This document shows positions 38,071-48,796 of a stretch of 64,000 nt of DNA, piece after piece. Made by a program: the position numbers and the translations under genes. Source of the stretch: a virus; IMG/VR virus record IMGVR_UViG_3300035670_000027, one strand, 5' to 3'. Position 1 is the first letter of the stretch, and every line of letters starts with the position of its first letter. Below the pieces are notes generated by a model. The model saw nothing but the letters and a program-made list of their open reading frames with translations. It did not search any database and was not told where the DNA came from.

Positions 38071-38667
38071 CTATTGTTCCACTAGGTCTTTCAAAATTCT
38101 TTTCATTTTGCTTCTGTCGTACTCTAAAAATGGCTGGTATTTTTTGCATAGTTGACTTACCTCTTTATAAACTGGATCAATAATCTCTTTATCATACCGC
38201 TTGGTAAACTCCATAATTGAGTTTAGTATTGTGAGTGTTTCTAAACTAATTTCACCTCGCAAGTATTTCTTGATGATGTTTGGATGATCTCCTTCGTTAA
38301 CTCCAAACCAACTATTAATCTGTTCTGAATTCCATCCTTCGATAAAAGACATTTCGTTTTTAAAAAGATAGGTAAGAGATTGCTTTTTTCTCAGCCAGTC
38401 TTTGTACCTATTCTCACATTCATCTGATAGAAGTTCACCAACCCAAACCTTCGGGTCGTGTATCATATTCGCCACAAGAAAATCTTCAAGGTACTTGTCT
38501 TTTCGATTTCCTAACTTAGCAAAAAATATTTTATCCCTTCGCTTCAGAAAAGAATCATAACTCACATTGACCTTACGATTATACTTGATGTAGTCGTATT
38601 TGTCAAGTGTGAAATGATTCTTTATGCCAAGGTATATTTTGTATGCATCAATTGCTTCCATCTTCAT
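38071..38667 (-). CDS. gp59: Helicase loader gp59
   Basis: AYKIYLGIKNHF..KYDY.KY, FLKRRDKIFFAKL, ISLETL. Confidence 0.9.
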   Translation of the reverse strand: MKMEAIDAYKIYLGIKNHFTLDKYDYIKYNRKVNVSYDSFLKRRDKIFFAKLGNRKDKYLEDFLVANMIHDPKVWVGELLSDECENRYKDWLRKKQSLTYLFKNEMSFIEGWNSEQINSWFGVNEGDHPNIIKKYLRGEISLETLTILNSIMEFTKRYDKEIIDPVYKEVSQLCKKYQPFLEYDRSKMKRILKDLVEQ

Positions 38668-38900
38668 ATAGGTAACTTAGCATTTTTTGTCGTAATCATT
38701 CTTCCTTTGATTGCCTCACTCTCAATTACATTCTTCATCTTACTGGTAATTAGAGATGCGGCAGTTTCAATTTCTAAGTTGTTTTGTTCGCAAAAGAGTA
38801 CTACCGCATCGATCATTGTAATTGGAGATTTTTCTTTCATCAATTCTTTGATCTTTGTTTCAAACTCTTTTGACGATAAGATATTTAATTTTATATTCAT
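38664..38900 (-). CDS. gp33: Late transcription coactivator gp33
   Basis: MIDAVVLFCEQNNLEIETAASLI...K..IE.EA...KLPI; adjacent to gp59. Confidence 0.88.
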   Translation of the reverse strand: MNIKLNILSSKEFETKIKELMKEKSPITMIDAVVLFCEQNNLEIETAASLITSKMKNVIESEAIKGRMITTKNAKLPI

Positions 38901-39154
38901 CGCTTTTTGGCTGGTGCCTCCGGTGCCTCAAGTTGTTGATGGGTAATTGCATACGCTAGACAAACATTGTCGGTTGCTGGTGCATATGCACATCGTACTG
39001 TAATCGGATCAATACCCTTCTCAATCGCATTGCTAATGTTGTCTGCCATAAGAATTTTTCCCATTACAGAATTTGCTACGATTAGAATACCTACAACAAC
39101 AATTGTGATTGCAACAATTATGAGTGCGTTGCTTCTATCAATTAATGGTAACAT
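38897..39154 (-). CDS. Membrane-anchored hypothetical protein
   Basis: Hydrophobic N-terminal helix; AIEKGIDPITVRCAY...C. Confidence 0.65.
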   Translation of the reverse strand: MLPLIDRSNALIIVAITIVVVGILIVANSVMGKILMADNISNAIEKGIDPITVRCAYAPATDNVCLAYAITHQQLEAPEAPAKKR

Positions 39155-39722
39155 TATCTTTCCTTTCGTAAAAAATGTGTCTGCCAATTTGTGTTACCTT
39201 CTGTAAATTTTTCCAGTTTGGACTAACATAATCAGCATGGTAGAACAATGCCCCCTTTGTTGGATCTTCTAATTTTTCATAGTTCACATAAAAGTTAATG
39301 GCTACTTTTACAATCTCATTATACTTCATATTATTCGTTTCTGTCAAGACATTATTGGTAGAGATGTACTTTGGAGTTTCTTCACACCACCATGAAAATT
39401 GACATACCACTCTTTTGTTTCCAATACTTTCAACTTTCGTTTTCTGCTTTACCACATCGCAGATAGTATCTGGAAAGTATGAAGAGTTTACACGATTCAT
39501 TGTAACAAATGCCACGGCATACTGCCCTTGAAGTGGTTCATTTCGTGCTTCAAAATAAATGTTCTCTGCTAAACACTCGATTTGTTTTTGTGTATCTTTT
39601 GTCATTCTTTCGAATGGCACATTATATTGTGGTACACCTGCAAATGATGCTTGTTTAAGATATACAAAAATCAAACCGAAACAGATAAGCATAAACAATG
39701 AAATCTTATGAATTGACTTCAT
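39138..39722 (-). CDS. SleB-like cell wall hydrolase (Hydrolase_2)
   Basis: N-terminal TM/signal; CLAENIYFEARNE, V.MNRV, CQFSW, GALFYHADYV.P.W, IGRHIFY. Confidence 0.92.
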   Translation of the reverse strand: MKSIHKISLFMLICFGLIFVYLKQASFAGVPQYNVPFERMTKDTQKQIECLAENIYFEARNEPLQGQYAVAFVTMNRVNSSYFPDTICDVVKQKTKVESIGNKRVVCQFSWWCEETPKYISTNNVLTETNNMKYNEIVKVAINFYVNYEKLEDPTKGALFYHADYVSPNWKNLQKVTQIGRHIFYERKDNVTIN

Positions 39723-39744
39723 GCATTCTCCTTTTAAAGGTTGA

Positions 39745-40182
39745 TTAAATCTGGTCTACATAGTCTGAACATATTGCATAGCACTTGAGTTCTTTCGTTT
39801 TTTCAAGTGGCATGAATGTTTCAGGCATTACACATACGCTGATATCAGTTAAGTCTTGTTTAGGATATGTCCAAATGTAGCCATAGTTTGTGACGGCATA
39901 TGCGTCACCTTCATGCCAAAAGAAATGATATTTTGATGAATTCAAACATAAAAAATGTAATGCTTCAAGATTCTTGGCATGGATCCAGAGTTTATCGTTT
40001 CTAAGAAAACTCTCTGGAACTTCGTATTGAGCCTCATTGTGTCCGAGATATAGTTGATTGCCGTGCTTCCACACATCAATCTCACAATCATAACCAATTC
40101 GTAAAGCATATTCGATTTGATCAGGACTGTTTTCTAAATCTGTCGGACCGTTTGTTAGCCCTCTATGTGCGATTAACTTCAT
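39745..40182 (-). CDS. Glycerophosphodiester phosphodiesterase-like protein
   Basis: LIAHRG...ENSP, CEIDVW, LYLGH, WIHAKN, ICSDY. Confidence 0.75.
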   Translation of the reverse strand: MKLIAHRGLTNGPTDLENSPDQIEYALRIGYDCEIDVWKHGNQLYLGHNEAQYEVPESFLRNDKLWIHAKNLEALHFLCLNSSKYHFFWHEGDAYAVTNYGYIWTYPKQDLTDISVCVMPETFMPLEKTKELKCYAICSDYVDQI

Positions 40183-40492
40183 ACTTGTCGGATGGAACAC
40201 TCGGCCAGCGAATAACAATTAATTCTACATCGGATAAAAACTCAACATCCGATACTTCATTGGCTTCGTATATCCACATATCTCCTTCTCTTAAAATTTG
40301 TCCAGAAACTTTCAATTCACCTTTGATAATATAATTTAATTCTGTAGTAACTTTATGATAATGGGGGTATGTAGGCTCTCCTTGTTTATGTTTGTGATGA
40401 CCTATTTCAAAAGATGTGTTTCTATATATGCTTGGGGAAAAGTCACCTACGAACCATCCTTTGAAATACTGATCAATGTTCGATACTATCAT
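40163..40492 (-). CDS. Cupin-domain protein
   Basis: GWFVGDF.P, HYHKVTTELN, PSVPSDKY; start at the ATG overlapping the upstream stop. Confidence 0.75.
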   Translation of the reverse strand: MIVSNIDQYFKGWFVGDFSPSIYRNTSFEIGHHKHKQGEPTYPHYHKVTTELNYIIKGELKVSGQILREGDMWIYEANEVSDVEFLSDVELIVIRWPSVPSDKYEVNRT

Positions 40493-41643
40493 TCTAGTTC
40501 CTGAACACGAATCTGGTGTCTTCCGCCATCGAATGAAGTATTTAGTGCAATTGATAGGTAAGTTTTGGCAGTACTTACATCTAATTCTTTTGACGGAATT
40601 GCAAAGAAATTGGCGCAATTGTGTCTAATTGCCATCTCCATCGCAAATTTATCATAGATTAATGCTGAACGAATGCCTTTAAATTTGTTTGCACATATGT
40701 TAACACCTTGTCCTGTGCGACAAAATGCAAATGCAAAGTCACATTCACCTTCTGAGAGTGCTTTTGTTGCTTGTGCAATGTAGTCTTTGTAGTTACAGTC
40801 ACGATTTACGATTGTGCCATAGTCAATATATTTTAGATTTGCATCATCTAAAACTTTCTTCATCAACTCTTTCGCTTCATATCCTGAATGGTCAGAGCAT
40901 AATGCGATAGGCTTGTCGCCAATGCGTTTGACAACATTGTTCTTATAGAATCGAAATTCATCTGGTGTGCCAAAGACATGCATCTTGTCAACTTCAAATG
41001 TAGTGATTCGCTTGCCTGCTTGAATGAATAGATTGTAAAGCGGTGCAATATAGAATTCGTTGTTTGTGCGAATGTCTTGCTGAATCATCTGTTCAGCAAA
41101 GTTACAAAAGTCTTTGCCAGAACGAAAGCCGTAGATACCAACACACGCATCACCGCTGATTGCTTTCTTTTCTGCGGTTTCTACAACATAGTCACCATCT
41201 TTTCTTGCATAAGAGTAGTTCGTGCTATTTGATTTGAATGTGAGAATGATGCCATCGCTATCAATCTTGTACATCTCATGCGGATTGAATCGTGGTGCAA
41301 ACTCAATATCAAGTGTGTGAATCACAAGTGGTTCATCGTTGTCAATAAACTCTCTTGCATACAAACAACTTTCAACGGAACCTCTGGTCAAATGATCAAT
41401 CACTACAATGTTCACATCGCTACCAAACTTCTGGCGCAGAATTTCATCCATGCGAAAATTGTAAACATGTTCATCACGAATGACAAAGGTAAGATTTACA
41501 TCTTTGAGTACTAGACAATCAAGCGATAGATCGATCAAGTGTTTGTCTTTTACATTGATCAACTGCTTTGGTACGGTGAAGCCTTCTTTCTGAAAGCGAC
41601 TACCTAAACCTGCCATAGGAACAAGCACATTAGGCTTTTTCAT
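40489..41643 (-). CDS. Sugar nucleotidyltransferase-like domain fused to RpiB/LacAB sugar-phosphate isomerase
   Basis: PMAGLGSRF..G...PKQLI, NNEFYIAPLYN, GTP; C-terminal SDHSG, CRTGQG, ANKFKGIR, HNCAN, GGRH..RV. Confidence 0.85.
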   Translation of the reverse strand: MKKPNVLVPMAGLGSRFQKEGFTVPKQLINVKDKHLIDLSLDCLVLKDVNLTFVIRDEHVYNFRMDEILRQKFGSDVNIVVIDHLTRGSVESCLYAREFIDNDEPLVIHTLDIEFAPRFNPHEMYKIDSDGIILTFKSNSTNYSYARKDGDYVVETAEKKAISGDACVGIYGFRSGKDFCNFAEQMIQQDIRTNNEFYIAPLYNLFIQAGKRITTFEVDKMHVFGTPDEFRFYKNNVVKRIGDKPIALCSDHSGYEAKELMKKVLDDANLKYIDYGTIVNRDCNYKDYIAQATKALSEGECDFAFAFCRTGQGVNICANKFKGIRSALIYDKFAMEMAIRHNCANFFAIPSKELDVSTAKTYLSIALNTSFDGGRHQIRVQELE

Positions 41644-42307
41644 TGCGATCCTTTAGATATTTTGTTGTCAGTCGTTGCGACATTTCAGCACAATGATCAT
41701 CGTTGCGACCGTGAATGATGCCGTACATATAACATGCGGCAAAGTAATCACCAGCACCAAGCACATTCACACCAGTTAGATATTGGCTTGCGTTTGAATA
41801 GTGTGCGATTTGTTCGCCTGCTTTGAAGACTGTCGTTTCTTTTGGTCCATGAACCACAAGTCTACGATTGAATTCTTTTGGAATGAGATGAATCTGATCT
41901 TCTGCAACAAAAAGAAAATCAAATTCGTTTGCAATCTCAAGTGCAAGTGGTGTGCCTTCATTCTCTTTTGTTGTGCATACATCTGCCGTCTTCACACCTT
42001 TTAATGCTCTCACAAGACCCGGACTATCTAATTCGTTTACATATGCAACATGCGATAACTTCGCCTCAACTGCTTCACCAAGAAACAATTCAAAGCGATT
42101 AAGATTTGAATAATTGTCTTTCTTGTCGTTTTCAATGACGATTTTAGATTCGCCAATGTGCAATGGGCATGTGTAGATGTTCAGTCGCTTGTCAATTTCT
42201 TTCAATGCACGCCATACATTTGCGATACCGCCAATGTTGGTAGAAAGATAACCATCGTGATATACTTCGTCAAAAGTTAAATGACCATAAAGTGCAAAGT
42301 CATACAT
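41630..42307 (-). CDS. PfkB/ribokinase-family carbohydrate kinase
   Basis: YGHLTFD, GGIANV, NVLGAGDYFAA. Confidence 0.8.
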   Translation of the reverse strand: MYDFALYGHLTFDEVYHDGYLSTNIGGIANVWRALKEIDKRLNIYTCPLHIGESKIVIENDKKDNYSNLNRFELFLGEAVEAKLSHVAYVNELDSPGLVRALKGVKTADVCTTKENEGTPLALEIANEFDFLFVAEDQIHLIPKEFNRRLVVHGPKETTVFKAGEQIAHYSNASQYLTGVNVLGAGDYFAACYMYGIIHGRNDDHCAEMSQRLTTKYLKDRNEKA

Positions 42308-42846
42308 TAAAATTTTTCCTTTCGATCCAATTCATATACTTTTTCTAAGTGTTCGTTAAAGTCATACTCTGGCAACATGTTTCGATTACGCATCCAGTCA
42401 AATAAGTCCATCACAAAATTCTGTCCACCCATACCGAAAGAAGTAGTAGCAATCTTTCTCACTTCGCCGGGCGCATCTGCTGGACAAAATGCATAGTGAA
42501 CTGCCTTCATGATTCTTGCATCAAAGATATCATCACCAGCATATGCAACTTCAGAAGGTGCAACTTCGTATTCAATACAAATGTCTGCCAAGAATTCTAC
42601 TTTATCTCTATGTTCTCCATCCGATGAACGATTGACATAAACATCAATGTTTCTATTCTCTGCTATTGTAACATTGAATGGGTCACCTGTCAAGAAGATA
42701 ACATTGATACCTAATGCACGAAAACGCTTAATGGCAGTCCAATCTTTATCGCAGAATGTTTTCATGCGAACATTGCCTTCACGATCATAGTATTTCTTAC
42801 CATCGGTAAGAACACCATCAACATCTAGAATCAATAATTTAATCAT
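42307..42846 (-). CDS. KdsC-like HAD phosphatase
   Basis: LLILDVDGVLTDG, AYAGDDIFD, CPADA. Confidence 0.85.
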   Translation of the reverse strand: MIKLLILDVDGVLTDGKKYYDREGNVRMKTFCDKDWTAIKRFRALGINVIFLTGDPFNVTIAENRNIDVYVNRSSDGEHRDKVEFLADICIEYEVAPSEVAYAGDDIFDARIMKAVHYAFCPADAPGEVRKIATTSFGMGGQNFVMDLFDWMRNRNMLPEYDFNEHLEKVYELDRKEKF

Positions 42847-43573
42847 CGTCACCCCAATATTCTGAATATGCTTCTCCCACATGGTAGTGGTACTCTTCTA
42901 GTCCATGCTTCGGCCATGCCAAACTTACTCTTGGAAATGGAACAAAGACTTGATTGCGAATGCGAAAGTCTTTTGTCAATGCTTCATTTCGTCTTGGCGC
43001 ACGATCAACTGTAAACTCTAATGGATTATCTATATGCTCTCTAATGCTTTCGTCAAATCTTGCGTAGTAGAATTGCCCAATGTAAGTTTCTGCTCTTGTT
43101 TTATAATTGTAGTTTTGATCCATACCACGATCAATATCAAACGGTATGTCAAAAACATTTTTCACATCTTCAGTTCTACCCCAAAAAACATGGTCTCTTG
43201 GATGATATGGAAACAAACGATACATTCCCATAACAAATACTTTACCGTCTTCATGTCGCTTCAACCAATAGTCGTACATTCTTTGCATGTCACGAATCAA
43301 TTGATCAGTACGCATCTTAACACAATAGTTACCTTCTGTCAATGCAAGACCATTGCGGCTTGTGTTAATCTGTAGATTACGATTGCCAGTGCCTCTTGGT
43401 TCTATAACATCATTCAGAACCAATTCAACTTCGTTTGGTATTTCATGACAAATGCCAGCCTCATAAGTGGAAAGAATAATTCTTTCCACAAATGGAAGTT
43501 TAGAGTACTCTTCAATAATTGTTTTCGTTATTGGTGAGTACTCACCTTGAAGTACCAACTCAAACTTTTTCAA
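42839..43573 (-). CDS. WavE-like lipopolysaccharide synthesis protein
   Basis: VLQG, IILSTY, NRNLQINTSRNGL, VKMRTDQ, HPRDH.FWG, AETYI; likely TTG start at 43573. Confidence 0.7.
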   Translation of the reverse strand: MKKFELVLQGEYSPITKTIIEEYSKLPFVERIILSTYEAGICHEIPNEVELVLNDVIEPRGTGNRNLQINTSRNGLALTEGNYCVKMRTDQLIRDMQRMYDYWLKRHEDGKVFVMGMYRLFPYHPRDHVFWGRTEDVKNVFDIPFDIDRGMDQNYNYKTRAETYIGQFYYARFDESIREHIDNPLEFTVDRAPRRNEALTKDFRIRNQVFVPFPRVSLAWPKHGLEEYHYHVGEAYSEYWGDDD

Positions 43574-44483
43574 TGATGCTCTCGTAGTGTTCAATGAACT
43601 TTTCTGGATTCCATGTATTATAGAATTCGCTAAAAGGTTCGATTCCGCCAGCGAGTATTTGCTTGATGGATACTTTGTTGAGGTCGTTAAAATCTCTTCG
43701 TACATGTGACAAGAATGATGATTCATTCACTCCAAAAGGTTTCTTACACTCAATTGCACGATCAATTGAACCACTTACACCAGGTACATTTGGTGTTTCA
43801 TACCAATAAAGATTAATGTCGTTTTCGTTTAGCCATGATACTAATTCTTTCTTGTCTAAGAATGCTCTCGTTACTTGCACTCTTACATTTGGATTTGCTC
43901 TACGCTTTACGATGTTTGTTAAGTCTTCAGATAGTCTGCCTGAAGGATCAACAAACTTGCCATCTGATACATGAAGATTGAGAATGACCTCTTCAGTAAA
44001 CTGTTCATTGATGAGATTGATAATCTGCGGTAGATTCTTTGTGCGATTACCGATTCCACTCGTACCAATCTTAACAACACCTTTAGGTGCGGTGTAATCG
44101 ATGTTTTCATAATACTTAACTGGTGGCATACCATTGTATTCATTTTCTGAAACTTCTGCATATGGATCAGTTACAATGTACGCATCTGCACCAGTAAACT
44201 TGTTTTTGTGTTCGTGACCATAGATTACAATCTGTTTGACTACACCATCATTATGCAATGGTCGAGTGATACCACTTGATAACCAATTCAATGTGTGTGG
44301 ATGATGATTGTAAATCACCACATCATAGTCACGCACTCGGCGCATAAATTCTTCTGAATTATCTGTTGGCAGAAAATCGTATTGATTCTTTGTCGAATGC
44401 TTGAGAATGTTATATGCCGCCCATGCATATTGATAGATGCCGCATTCAACTTCTGGTCCTGTTACAATAAGTATTTTTTTCAT
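43560..44483 (-). CDS. Putative glycosyltransferase (GT-B)
   Basis: CGIYQY, IGTSG.G..KN, WLNENDINLYWY, GVSGSIDRA; location in glycan cluster. Confidence 0.6.
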   Translation of the reverse strand: MKKILIVTGPEVECGIYQYAWAAYNILKHSTKNQYDFLPTDNSEEFMRRVRDYDVVIYNHHPHTLNWLSSGITRPLHNDGVVKQIVIYGHEHKNKFTGADAYIVTDPYAEVSENEYNGMPPVKYYENIDYTAPKGVVKIGTSGIGNRTKNLPQIINLINEQFTEEVILNLHVSDGKFVDPSGRLSEDLTNIVKRRANPNVRVQVTRAFLDKKELVSWLNENDINLYWYETPNVPGVSGSIDRAIECKKPFGVNESSFLSHVRRDFNDLNKVSIKQILAGGIEPFSEFYNTWNPEKFIEHYESIIEKV

Positions 44484-45397
44484 ATGTAATAAAATCTCGT
44501 AGGTTTTTCGATGTTTTCGTATTTAGGATTCTGAATAATATCTCTAATGATTTTTGTTGCATCATTGTCATCTGTGGTGTCATTGAAATGAGAGTTACAA
44601 AGATACTCACCTTCGCCAAGCAAGCAATCTTTCATCTTGTGACTGAAGCACATGAATGTTTTCTTATAGTCATTGATGTTATCTTTCACATGTGCATAGG
44701 TAAATGGACCACTATTCTTACCAATAATCAATTCTGCTTTTGTGCTGATATAAGACAACTGATTGAGAAAGCCGCTTTCATGTGTGCATACAGTTAGATT
44801 GGGTGCTTCAAAGTCTACAGGGTCAGTCGCATAGAATTCAATGTCTTTAAACTCTTCGATAAGGTTACGAATGATGTTTCGCATGTCGCCCATGCTACTC
44901 TGTTCGCTTTGTTGTTTACCATTTGAAAAGAAAACCAAACGCTTGCCTTCTATTCGCTTGAGATATTCTTCTGGCTCACTCATATCAAAAGACTTCCAAC
45001 GAATAGTGGGCAAATAATACTTGTAGTCACCTTTCATTTGCACACCAAGTGCATCATAAAATCTACTCCACATCTTGTGAAGCAAATAAAAGTTTGCATG
45101 ATCTTTCTCACCCATCAATGCGTCTTCACCAAATATCCAACAACCAACCCATGTATTGACGAATGCAACTTTACCATCTTGAGTAGTTGCCATACGCATA
45201 GGCATCGGAAACTGTGGTATTGAATCTAAGCGAGTGTGCTTCAGTACAAGATCAGCAATGATGCTAGGATGATTGTTATGTGCAAACTCAAAATCTATGA
45301 TAGGATATTGATTGACAATATCCCGCACATATTCTTTTGGCAAAAAGCAATCGCCATTTCGCCATTGATTGTAGAAAACTACTTTGTGAAATTTCAT
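44480..45397 (-). CDS. Putative glycosyltransferase-like protein (GT9-like)
   Basis: N.W.NGD N-terminal motif and LIIGKNSGP motif reminiscent of heptosyltransferase-like GT-B enzymes. Confidence 0.5.
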   Translation of the reverse strand: MKFHKVVFYNQWRNGDCFLPKEYVRDIVNQYPIIDFEFAHNNHPSIIADLVLKHTRLDSIPQFPMPMRMATTQDGKVAFVNTWVGCWIFGEDALMGEKDHANFYLLHKMWSRFYDALGVQMKGDYKYYLPTIRWKSFDMSEPEEYLKRIEGKRLVFFSNGKQQSEQSSMGDMRNIIRNLIEEFKDIEFYATDPVDFEAPNLTVCTHESGFLNQLSYISTKAELIIGKNSGPFTYAHVKDNINDYKKTFMCFSHKMKDCLLGEGEYLCNSHFNDTTDDNDATKIIRDIIQNPKYENIEKPTRFYYI

Positions 45398-46611
45398 ATC
45401 AGTTTGAAGTCTGGACAAGGTACGATAAACGAACCGCCGTTGTCTAAGAATGATTTCTCTCTGTTCACAAATTCGTTAATGAAGTGCCATGGTAGAACCA
45501 AAGCAAAGTCTGGTCTTGCTTTACGCATCTCATCTTCGCTAATGATTGGAATGTCTGTACCAATTGTCTTCAAACCAAACTTGTATGGGCTTCGCTCTGC
45601 AATCGCATTCACATCATCATGCGTTAGATTAAAGTATTGTAGCAAGGTGTTGCCTTTTGTGCTTGCGCCATAGCCATAGATTGTCTTGCCAACTGCTTTC
45701 TGTTCACGAATGAAACGAACAACTTTTGATCGCAATTCATCTAAGCGAATCTGAAACTCCCACCAAACTCTTGGATTTGAAATGTCGAGTACATTCTTTT
45801 CATAGTTCATAATTGTGTTCACACGATAATCACAAACATCACGCAAAGGTGCAGTAGCAAAACTGTCTTTATTTGCAACTGTCTTGCGTAGATAGATTCT
45901 GAAACTACCACCATTGGTGTCATTCAATGAACAATCAACAACTTGAAATCCATGCATGTCGAAAAGTTTTTCAATGCTCTTTAGATCGTAGTAGTAAACA
46001 TGTTCGTGGCAGATATTGTCAAATGCCATTTGCTTGACCATGAGTGGTGTGTAACTCATCTGCAAAACAAGAAGACCATTGTCATCAAGTACGCTATACA
46101 AGTCTTCTACGAATGGATGTGGATTGTCGAGGTCATAGAACATGGCAATGCATGTAATGACTTTTGCTTTCTTGTTGCCTACTGAAGTTCGCTTCCATGC
46201 ATCTAGACTGAAGTAATCTTGAATGACTTCTGCAACTTGTGAAGATTCTTTGTGATAAGAATTGTCTGCTGGATCAATACCAACTTTCTTGAGATTGCTT
46301 GGTACTGCTTTGAGTAGAGTGCCATCGTTACATGCAATGTCAAGCCAAATGTCATCGTCTTTGAGTTTGAATCGAGAAGTAATCTCTGCGACAATGCCTT
46401 GAAGTTCAACTGTCATACTTGTATTGATACCGCTACGATACCAATATTGACCCCACATTGTTTCTGGTGGTGCCAAATCTTTCAATCGTGGTGCGCCAAG
46501 TTCTTCATCAAGATACAAATCAAGACTGTATTTCTTTCTGCCTTCGTAATCATTCTGTGACTTAATGAAGTCACTTACATAATGATCACCCATGTCTAAA
46601 AGTTTAATCAT
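45394..46611 (-). CDS. NDP-hexose C-methyltransferase (SAM-dependent)
   Basis: YWYRSG, LDIACNDGTLL, FDNICHEHVYYY, NGGSFR, YGYGASTKGNTLLQ, LPWHF..E. Confidence 0.88.
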   Translation of the reverse strand: MIKLLDMGDHYVSDFIKSQNDYEGRKKYSLDLYLDEELGAPRLKDLAPPETMWGQYWYRSGINTSMTVELQGIVAEITSRFKLKDDDIWLDIACNDGTLLKAVPSNLKKVGIDPADNSYHKESSQVAEVIQDYFSLDAWKRTSVGNKKAKVITCIAMFYDLDNPHPFVEDLYSVLDDNGLLVLQMSYTPLMVKQMAFDNICHEHVYYYDLKSIEKLFDMHGFQVVDCSLNDTNGGSFRIYLRKTVANKDSFATAPLRDVCDYRVNTIMNYEKNVLDISNPRVWWEFQIRLDELRSKVVRFIREQKAVGKTIYGYGASTKGNTLLQYFNLTHDDVNAIAERSPYKFGLKTIGTDIPIISEDEMRKARPDFALVLPWHFINEFVNREKSFLDNGGSFIVPCPDFKLI

Positions 46612-46612
46612 A

Positions 46613-46999
46613 TCATTCTCCATGCGATTTTTCTTCAACTAATTCAGATCCAAATTTCAAGTTCAATTCTTTTTTGATGCGACTTCTCTCATCGTTTGTT
46701 TTATATATGTGTCTTGCACATGAGATAAAAACCTCATCAAATGATTCTGCTTTCTCACACTTGCGAATGTCATCTTCAAGCACCCATAACTTTTGATTCA
46801 CCACAAATAGTTCATTGATGTATTTACCAATTTGTGGTTTCAAGTCTTGATAGATTGGCTCTGAGGTAAGCAACTCATATTCCTTTTTTACATTCTTTAA
46901 CTTTTCTTCATCTTTGATCTCTAGTAATTTTATCTGAAGAATAGTGATTTTGTCAATGAGTTCGCCTACACTTACTGGTATAACTGGGACATATTTCAT
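46613..46999 (-). CDS. DUF6165-like protein
   Basis: PVSVGELIDKITILQIK, VNQKLWVLEDDIR, NDERSRIKKELN, VEEK. Confidence 0.8.
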   Translation of the reverse strand: MKYVPVIPVSVGELIDKITILQIKLLEIKDEEKLKNVKKEYELLTSEPIYQDLKPQIGKYINELFVVNQKLWVLEDDIRKCEKAESFDEVFISCARHIYKTNDERSRIKKELNLKFGSELVEEKSHGE

Positions 47000-47763
47000 C
47001 TTCTCATAATGTCCGTTTCCGAACATTCCTCTCCGTATTGAAGTTCAATCAAACGCAATGGTTCTTTTGTTTCATTTACTAAACGATGCCAACTCTCTCT
47101 TGGTATCCAAATGTCTTGATGTTGACCAAAGACACCAATCATGATTTCTTTACCAGTACTGTCGAGTGTATAGACTGTAGCATAACCTTCAGCAACAAAC
47201 CAAAACTCTGCTCTTCTCTCATGCTTTTGCATACTCAGAGTTTTACCTGATTCGACCACAAGTTCTTTTGCTTTGAATGTCTTACCAGTTTCGTGAATCA
47301 CACGATAATGACCCCACACACGATCAGTTCTTGGTGCTTTCCATTCGTCAAGAATCCAGCGGCTACTGTTACGCTTATCATTACCGCCAACACCAAACTC
47401 AAAAGTTACTCTTGGATTATTTTTGAAGTGTACCTGTTCTGGCACATTTGTATGATCACGATCACCACCATTTACGAAAACGATTTCGTCTTCTGGATAC
47501 TCATCAAGCAATTTCTGAATGCAATGAATGCTATTGTTTGTGTCATCATTGAAGTCAACAACTTGATGCACCATGCTTAGATTTGAGATGATTGAATATC
47601 TCTCACCCCAAGGCATGAATGCACGACCTTTCTTTCTTGTTAGCCAATCATCGCTATTGATACCGACAATTAGAATATCACCATAAGTTCTTGCGGCTTT
47701 GAAATACTCAATATGACCGCTATGTAGAGGATCAAACCCTCCAGTCGCTAAGGCTATCTTCAT
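46996..47763 (-). CDS. Cytidylyltransferase (TagD/RfaE-like) fused to mannose-6-phosphate-isomerase cupin
   Basis: [26 protein letters not shown]; R.WG.Y, LSMQKH..RAEFW, WHRL.N, IELQYG..C.E.DI.R. Confidence 0.88.
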   Translation of the reverse strand: MKIALATGGFDPLHSGHIEYFKAARTYGDILIVGINSDDWLTRKKGRAFMPWGERYSIISNLSMVHQVVDFNDDTNNSIHCIQKLLDEYPEDEIVFVNGGDRDHTNVPEQVHFKNNPRVTFEFGVGGNDKRNSSRWILDEWKAPRTDRVWGHYRVIHETGKTFKAKELVVESGKTLSMQKHERRAEFWFVAEGYATVYTLDSTGKEIMIGVFGQHQDIWIPRESWHRLVNETKEPLRLIELQYGEECSETDIMRR

Positions 47764-48796
47764 AGAAATTTAATCCTGCTTTTTCGTATTCATCTTCACA
47801 CATCTCAACAACCAAGTTTCTAAAACTGTACTCTGGTTGCCAACCCAATTTAGTTCTTGCTTTCGTACTGTCGCCAAGAAGAGTTTGAACCTCTGCTGGT
47901 CGATAGAATTCCTCAGCAACTTCAATTAGAATTCTTCCATCGTCATCGCATCGACCAATCTCATTCAGCCCTTCGCCTTCCCACTTAATCTTGAATCCTA
48001 TGTAGTTTGCAACAAGTTCACAAAACTCACGAACAGAATGTTGTTCACCTGTAGCAATCACATAGTCATCTGGTTTGTCTTCTTGAACCATTAGCCACAT
48101 TGCACGAACATAATCTTTTGCATGACCCCAATCACGCAATGCATCTAGATTACCCAAACGCAAACGCACACTTTGATCTGAAGACCAGAATGCATTGATT
48201 AAGTCTTGTACAATTTTTCTTGTGACAAACTCTGGACCTCTGCGTGGAGATTCATGATTGAAGAGAATGCCATTTGATGCATGAATGCCGTAGCCTTCAC
48301 GATAATTGACTGTGATCCAATACGCATAGAGTTTGGCAACTGCATATGGTGATCTTGGATAGAATGGTGTGGTTTCTTTTTGTGGAGTTTCTTGCACAAG
48401 CCCGTAGAGTTCGCTTGTAGATGCTTGATAGAATTTTACTTGTTTCTCTTTGTTGAGTTCACGAATTGCTTCAAGCATGTACAAAACACCCATTGCGTTC
48501 ACTTCGCCAGTAAACGCTGGAACCTGAAAACTTACACCAACATGACTTTGAGCCGCAAGATTGTAGACCTCATCAGGCTTGATACGCATGATGATATTCT
48601 GTAGATTAGCAGAATCACTTAAATCACTATAATGCAACTTAAGATCATTTTTAATGTGATCGATGTTTGTTGTATTGATTCCGTTGCTTGCTCTACGCAC
48701 AAGCCCGTGAACCTCATAACCTTTTTGCAGTAGAAGTTCAGCAAGATAACTTCCATCCTGACCTGTCACGCCAGTAATAAGTGCAGTTTTAGACAT
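47732..48796 (-). CDS. gmd: GDP-mannose 4,6-dehydratase
   Basis: [61 protein letters not shown]. Confidence 0.96.
   Translation of the reverse strand: MSKTALITGVTGQDGSYLAELLLQKGYEVHGLVRRASNGINTTNIDHIKNDLKLHYSDLSDSANLQNIIMRIKPDEVYNLAAQSHVGVSFQVPAFTGEVNAMGVLYMLEAIRELNKEKQVKFYQASTSELYGLVQETPQKETTPFYPRSPYAVAKLYAYWITVNYREGYGIHASNGILFNHESPRRGPEFVTRKIVQDLINAFWSSDQSVRLRLGNLDALRDWGHAKDYVRAMWLMVQEDKPDDYVIATGEQHSVREFCELVANYIGFKIKWEGEGLNEIGRCDDDGRILIEVAEEFYRPAEVQTLLGDSTKARTKLGWQPEYSFRNLVVEMCEDEYEKAGLNFYEDSLSDWRV

Noticed and set aside
43574-43726. N-terminal extension of the WavE-like ORF or a frameshift fusion with the upstream GT
   Set aside because: Explained by a TTG start at 43573 overlapping the upstream stop; I found no stimulatory elements comparable to the gp26 site.
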